Shown here: positions 57,560 through 64,000 of the stretch, piece by piece
Numbering within the stretch: the first letter of the stretch is position 1
How the letters are laid out: each line of letters starts with the position of its first letter
From: Marsupella aquatica
Lineage: Eukaryota > Plantae > Marchantiophyta
Reading direction: 5' to 3'
Assembly: GCA_973895155.1 (NCBI GenBank)
Contig: OZ316893.1
Span: 4,514,877 to 4,578,876, forward strand
DNA length: 64,000 nt
Made by a program: the position numbers and the translations under genes
Notes under the pieces: generated by a model
Told to the model about the DNA's origin: nothing
What the model saw: only the letters and a program-made list of their open reading frames with translations
Databases searched by the model: none

Positions 57560-60500
57560 ATGACACACCATGAGGGACCTCTCTAATGACCACATATGCA
57601 GTCAATTGCTCCAAATGACCTCTAACTGACTACCAAAATGACCCTTATTGTAGTCATTGACATTAATGACACACATTATGTGAAAATGACCCAATGAAGA
57701 GTATACTACCTCTCGGAGTGCCCCTTTACAATTCCTTTGGAATTTAATAGAATATATCCAAAATCCAAATATTGGCACAAACATGACATAGTTATATAGA
57801 AGGACATAGTCTTCCACTAGTATTGCACTATATACCTCTTGGAGAGACAAAAACAATTTTTGTATGCATGCCTTAGGATGGTATGCATGCATGGTGACAC
57901 TTTTGGCAAATCACTCCAAAGTTGTATGACTTGGGAGTGATTTCCCCAAGGTTGCATCATCCCTTAAGTAATTGCAAAAACATGGCTCCAAAGTGCTCAT
58001 GGTGCAACTAGTGGTTGGAGAATAGTACGGTGGGTATAGTACCCCGCACCTTGTGGAGAGGTTGCCACCTTCATGTAGAGCCCCATGGCACACTAGGGCC
58101 ACCTTAAGCTCCTAGACCCAAAAGGGTCATTTCTGATGGTACGTAATGACACCATGAGGGACCTCTATAATGACCCCATATGGAGTCATTTGGCACAAAT
58201 GACTTCCAAAAGGACTGCCAAAATGACCCTCACTGCAGTCTTTGGCATTAATGACACACTATTCCTCCAAAATGACCCAATGAAGATTACAACACCTACT
58301 CACAATGCCTTAAGTCTATTCATATGCAAAATGGAGTATTCCCCATCCAAACACCGGCACAAACATGACACAATTACATCACAAGATGACAACCTTCCAT
58401 TGGTGTTGCGCTACTTCTTGGAGAGACAAAAAATGGCTCCATTTGCGCTTGGATACGGTGGTATGCATCCATGGTGACACTTTTGGCAAATCACTCCAAA
58501 GTTGTATGACTTGGGAGTGATTTCCCCAAGGTGCATCATGCCTTAAGTAAATGCAAAAACATGTGTCCAAAGTGTTCATGGCACAACTAGTGGTTGGACG
58601 ATGATGAGTATAGTGTCCCGCACCTAGTGGAGGGGGTTCTCACCTCTATGTGGGGCCCCATGGCACTCTAGGGCCCACCTCCAGCCCCTAGCCCCAAACT
58701 GGTCATTTGTGCTTCTGCTTAATGATTGCACAAGGGACCCCTCAAATGACCACAAATCCAGTCATTTGACTTATGTGACAGCCCATATGACAGATTTAAT
58801 GACCCTACTTGTAGTCATTGGTATTTATGACACCAATTTTTTCAGAAATGACTCAATGAAGATTACACTACCTTCTTGAGTGCCCCATCACTATTCATTT
58901 GCAAAATAGAATATTCCCCATCCAAACACCGGCACAAACATGACACAATTACATGGAACGACAACAGCCTTGCACTACTTCTTGCAGAGACCAAAAAAAT
59001 GGCTTCATTTCCTTTAGATAGGATGGTATGCATCAATGGTGACACTTTTGGCAAATCACTCCAAAGTCGTACGACTTGGGAGTGATTTCCCCAAGATTAT
59101 ATCATCCCTTAAGTAAACACAAAAACATGGCTCCAAACTGCTAATGGTGCAACTAGTGGTTGGAGAATAGTAATTATAGTATTTGACACCTAGTGGAGGG
59201 GTTGCGAGCTCTATGTGGTGCCACATGGCACTCTAGGGCCCACCTCCAGCCCTTAGCTCCAAATTGGTCATTCATGCTTGTCTTCAATGACTGCACTAGA
59301 GACCCCTCAAATGACAACAAGTCCAGTCATTTGAATTATATGACATCCCATATGACCAATTCAATGACCCTACTTGTGGTCATTGACACTTATGACATGA
59401 CTCTGTTAAAAAATGACCCAAAGAAGGTCCTAGCACCGCCAGAGAGAGCCCGCTCTACATTCCTTGCAAAAATGGAATAATCGTATACCTTTAAACATCA
59501 GACACATCATAGAGGGAAGCACCACTACCACACCCATTCCATTGGTGTTGCGCTACCTCTTGGAGAGACAAAAAAGGGCTTCATTTGCGTTTGGAATAGT
59601 GGTATGCATCCATGGTGACACTTTTGGCAAATCACTCCAAAGTCATACGACTTGGGAGTGATTTCCCCAAAGGTGCATCATGCCTTAAGTAAACGCAAAA
59701 ACATGTGTCCAAGGTGTTTATGTCGCAACTAGTGGTTGGACAATGATGAGTATAGTGTCCCGCACGCAATGGAGGGGTTCTCACCTCTATGTGGGGTCAC
59801 ATGGCACTCTAGGGCCCACCTCCAGCCCCTAGCCCCAAACTGGTCATTTGTGCTTTTCCTTAATGACTGCATAAGGGACCCCTCAAATGACCACAAATCC
59901 AGTCATTAGACTGATATGACTTTCCATATGACAGTTTTAATGACCCTGCTTTTAGTCATTGATATTTATGACGGTCCATTGCTCACATATGACCCAATAA
60001 AGGCCCTGGTACCTCCAAAGAGAGCCCGCTTTAGATTCCTTGCAAGGTTGGAATATTCCTCTTCCCTAAACCCGCACCCACACCATACAGGGAAGCACGA
60101 CTCCCCTGCCCATTCCATTGGTGCAGCACCACCTCTTGGAGAACCCAAAAACAACTTTTATTTGCCTTTGTATGTGATGGTGTGCATGCATGGCAACACT
60201 TTTGGCAAATCACTCCAAAGTCGTACGACTTGGGAGTGATTTCCCCAAAGGTGCATCATGCCTTAAGGAAACACAAAAACTTGTGTCCAAGGTGTTTATG
60301 TCGCAACTAGTGGTTGGACAATGATGAGTATAGTGTCCCGCACGCAATGGAGGGGTTCTCACCTCTATGTGGGGCCCATGGCACTCTAGGGCCCACCTCA
60401 AGCCCCTAGCCCCAAAATGGTCATTTGTGCTTTTCCTTAATGACTACATAAGGGACCCCTCAAATGACCACAAATCCAGTCATTAGACTGATATGACTCT

Positions 60501-62140
60501 CCATATGACAATTTTAATGACCCTACTTTTAGTCATTGGCATTTATGACGGGCCATTGCTCACATATGACCCAATAAAGGCCCTAGTACCTCCAAAGAGA
60601 GCCAGCTTTAGATTCCTTGCAAGGTTGGAATATTCCTCTTCCCTAAATCTGCACCCACACCATACCCTAAAAGCATGACTCCCCTGCCCATTCCATTTGG
60701 GCAGCACTACCTCTTGGAGAACCCAAAAACAACTTTTATTTGCCTTTGTATGTGATGGTGTGCATGCATGGCAACACTTTTGGAAAATCACTCCAAAGTC
60801 GTACGACTTGGGAGTGATTTCCCCAAAGGTGCATCATGCCTTAAGGAAACACAAAAACATGTGTCCAAAGTGTTTATGTCGCAACTAGTGGTTGGACAAT
60901 GATGAGTATAGTGTCCCGCACCTCGTGGAGGGGTTCTCACCTCTATGTGGGGCCCCATGGCACTCTAGGGCGCACCTCCAGCCCCTAGCCCCAAACTGGT
61001 CATTTGTGCTTTTCCTTAATGACTGCATGAGGGACCCCTCAAATGACAATAATTCAGGTCATTCCACTTATATGACATCCAATGTGACCATTTTAATGAC
61101 CTTTCTTGTAGTAATTGGCATTTATGACGGGCCATTGCTCACATATGACCCAATAAAGGCCCTAGTACCTCCAAAGAGAGCCAGCTTTAGATTCCTTGCA
61201 AGGTTGGAATATTCCCAAACCCTAATCCCACAGCCACACCATGCTAAGAAGCACGACTCCCCTGCCCATTCCATTCGTGCAGCACTACCTCTTGGAGAAC
61301 CAAAAAACAGGTTTTATTTGCCTTTGGATGTGATGGTATACATCCATGGTTGCACTTTTGGCAAATCACTCCAAAGTCGTACGACTTGGGAGTGATTTCC
61401 CCAAAGGTGCATCATGCCTTAAGGAAACACAAAAACATGTGCCCAAAGTGTTTATGTCGCAACTAGTGGTTGGACAATGATGAGTATAGTGTCCCGCACC
61501 TAGTGGAGGGGTTCTCACCTCTATGTGGGGCCCATGGCACTCTAGGGCCCACCTCAAGCCCCTAGCCCCAAAATGGTCATTTGTGCTTTTCCTTAATGAC
61601 TACATAAGGGACCCCTCAAATGACCACAAATCCAGTCATTAGACTGATATGACTCTCCATATGACAATTTTAATGACCCTACTTTTAGTCATTGGCATTT
61701 ATGACGGGCCATTGCTCACATATGACCCAATAAAGGCCCTAGTACCTCCAAAGAGAGCTAGCTTTAGATTCCTTGCAAGGTTGGAATATTCCTCTTCCCT
61801 AAACCTGCACCCACACCATACTGAGAATGCACCCACACCATACTGAGAAGCATTACTCCCCTGCCCATTCCATTGGGGCAGCACTACCTCTTGGAGAACC
61901 AAAAAACAACTTTTATTTGCCTTTGGATGTGATGGTATGCATGCATTTATTTGCAAATTAAAATATTCCCCGTCCAAACACCGGCACAAACATGACACAA
62001 TTACAACAAAGCATGACAACCTTCCATTGGTATTGCCCTACTTCTTGGAGAGACAAAAAGGTTTCATTTGCCCCATGGATACGATAGTATGCGCGCATCC
62101 ATATATGATGACACTTCTGGAAAATCACTCCAAAGGTGTA
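57560..62140 (+). repeat. ~578-bp satellite array inside CACTA copy 2 (~8 units)
   Basis: The marker aaatcactccaaag recurs at about 57908, 58488, 59053, 59629, 60207, 60786, 61363 and 62121. Confidence 0.92.
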
Positions 62141-62224
62141 TGACTCTACAATTATGATAGGTGTCTGGAATGACTATTGAGTATTTTAATCTTCATATCT
62201 CTTGGGTTCTTTAATGACTCTATA

Positions 62225-62730
62225 AGTAGTCATTTATGTAATAAGTCCATAATGACTGTATGTTATTGTAAACATTGATATATCCTGATTTTTAGATTGC
62301 CCTATATTTAGTCATTTATGCGACAAGTCCATAATGACAGTATGTTGTTGAAAACACCGATATATCCTAATTTCAAGATTGACTGTGGAGTTAGTCATTT
62401 ATGAGAAAAGTCCATAATGACGGTATGTTCTTGTAAACACTGATATGTCCTAATTTCAAGATTGACCCTAGAGTTAGTCATTTATGGCAGAAGTCCATAA
62501 TGACAATATGTTGTGTAAACACTGATATATTCTCATTTTCAGATTGACCCTAAATTTTGTCATTTATGAGAGAAGTCCATAATGACGGTATGTTCTTGTA
62601 AACACTAATATGTCCTAATTTCAAGATTGACCCTAGAGTTAGTCATTTATGGCAGAAGTCCATAATGACAATATGTTGTTGTAAACACTGATATATTCTC
62701 ATTTTCAGATTGACCCTAAATTTTGTCATT
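62225..62730. repeat. ~82-bp subterminal tandem repeat, 6-7 copies
   Basis: Reverse complement of the 25335-25770 units. Confidence 0.9.
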
Positions 62731-63120
62731 TAACACCGTTGGTTAAAATGACGATAATACATTTTTTGTCATTTATCACCGTTGTCCAAAATGATGCAAA
62801 TAGATTTTTGGTCATTTCAGTCATTGTCCAGAGTGACTATAATGTTGCTAAACACTGATTTATCATTGTTGTTATTAATTGTGTCATTTAAGACATGTGT
62901 CTAAATTGACCATTTAGGGAAATTGGGTCATTTTGGTCGCATCAGTCATTATAGACATTATACAAAATGACGAAAAAATTAACATTTTGTCATTTCAGTC
63001 TATTGGTCATTGTGGACAGTCATTCCCCCGTCATTCTTTTTGTGTCATTAAAACTTTTGGTCATTTATTCATCTCTGTCATTGGGTGATTGGTCATAAAG
63101 GGCCCTGTTTTCTTCTAGTG

Positions 63121-64000
63121 ATACATACCTGTAGCTCTGTCTGTAGATGCCTGTGCAGGGACTGCACTCTGAAATTGTTGCGACCCTGGACCACCTGTCC
63201 AGCCTAGTACAGGGGCCGGATGATGTCACTTTCTAGGTATGTGTGTGCAAACATATGTACTGAAAACTAAGTACAAACCGTAGGAAAACAACTGAACATT
63301 CACCGACATACCTGTCCCCCTTCCGTGCTGCATCTGCATAGGGGCATTAGTGAATACTTGAGTCGATGGTTCGACTGTCCAACCTGCACACATACATTTT
63401 CTATCATTATACATGTGTAGAGTCCCCCCCACGTGAATGGACTCCACATATAATGAGTTCTTCCATTGCTGACAAGATCAGACATTACCTGCTCCTCTTC
63501 CAGTGTTTGTAGGTACTGAATTTTGATATCCCTGCCAATTACCTTCACCACCTTCCCAACCTTGTTCATTCCACGACCCACCACCATCCTCCCAACCTGG
63601 TTCAACCCATGTCTGTCCTTGTGGACATTGGAACTGATCATTACTAGCATTTGCCCAATCAGGTTGGGCAGAATCTGCATGCAATGGCAGGTGGACAGAA
63701 TTTCATGTTGTCTGAATCCAATACATCCCAAACAATGTCAAAAATTGATATGCAGTGTGAAATTCAGGAGTGCCATGCCTTCACAAAGAACTGGCATATA
63801 GATATATACTCACATCCCCATGGTTGAGGTGGACGTCCATACCCACGAGATTGTGGGTTTGGACCTGCTCTGCCTCTACCACGGGCATAACCTAGAGCTT
63901 GCCCCCTGCCATAGTATTGGGCACCAGCCTGGGATCTACCACTACTACCACCTCGCCAACCTTGATCAGAGGTCAGCCCCCCCTGCTGGTATGGTGCATG
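63121..64000 (-). pseudogene. Possible degraded retrotransposon gag-like region
   Basis: Gly/Trp/Gln-rich fragments (GWEDGGGSWNEQGWEGGEGNWQG) and decayed zinc-knuckle-like remnants. No intact motif. Confidence 0.3.

Larger units (their letters stand above)
44100..63120 (-). mobile_element. CACTA (En/Spm) element, 19,021 bp, potentially autonomous
   Basis: CACTAGTAGAAAACAA at 44100 and CTGTTTTCTTCTAGTG ending at 63120. Dense AATGAC/GTCATT subterminal motifs, with TnpD- and TnpA-like genes inside. The flanking triplets GTG/ATA do not match. Confidence 0.9.

Overview
This is eukaryotic, transposon-saturated heterochromatin-type DNA, most likely from a land plant and possibly a non-seed lineage (inferred from EDM2-like domains, a plant-type L1 and CACTA elements). 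No ordinary host gene is recognisable. From left to right: (1) 1-~7060 is an internally deleted P-element-like DNA transposon carrying cargo ORFs (EDM2-type composite PHD, a Cys-rich ORF, a Pol-lambda-like BRCT). (2) ~7065-13890 is a compact, now pseudogenised three-gene cassette: a Sola1-like (DUF7869-type) transposase, a Ulp1/C48 SUMO-protease, and a ParB-like domain fused to a bacterial-type beta-class amino-DNA methyltransferase. Its intron holds a 90-bp tandem array of TGGGATAC-N3-GTATCCCA palindromes that resembles F-plasmid sopC. (3) A nested stack with all target-site duplications readable: a P-like element (14317-40079, 8-bp TSD) contains a full-length L1 (18703-39756, 14-bp TSD), which contains a non-autonomous CACTA (24947-36943, 3-bp TSD). 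(4) A ~580-bp satellite array hit by two MITEs of the P-like family and an LTR fragment. (5) A 19-kb CACTA (44100-63120) with an apparently intact spliced transposase and a second stand-alone EDM2-type PHD gene. The best candidates for an undescribed system are the transposon-borne ParB-methyltransferase with its parS-like array, and the EDM2-like chromatin readers carried by two unrelated transposon superfamilies. All family assignments come from motif recognition by eye; no database searches were run.
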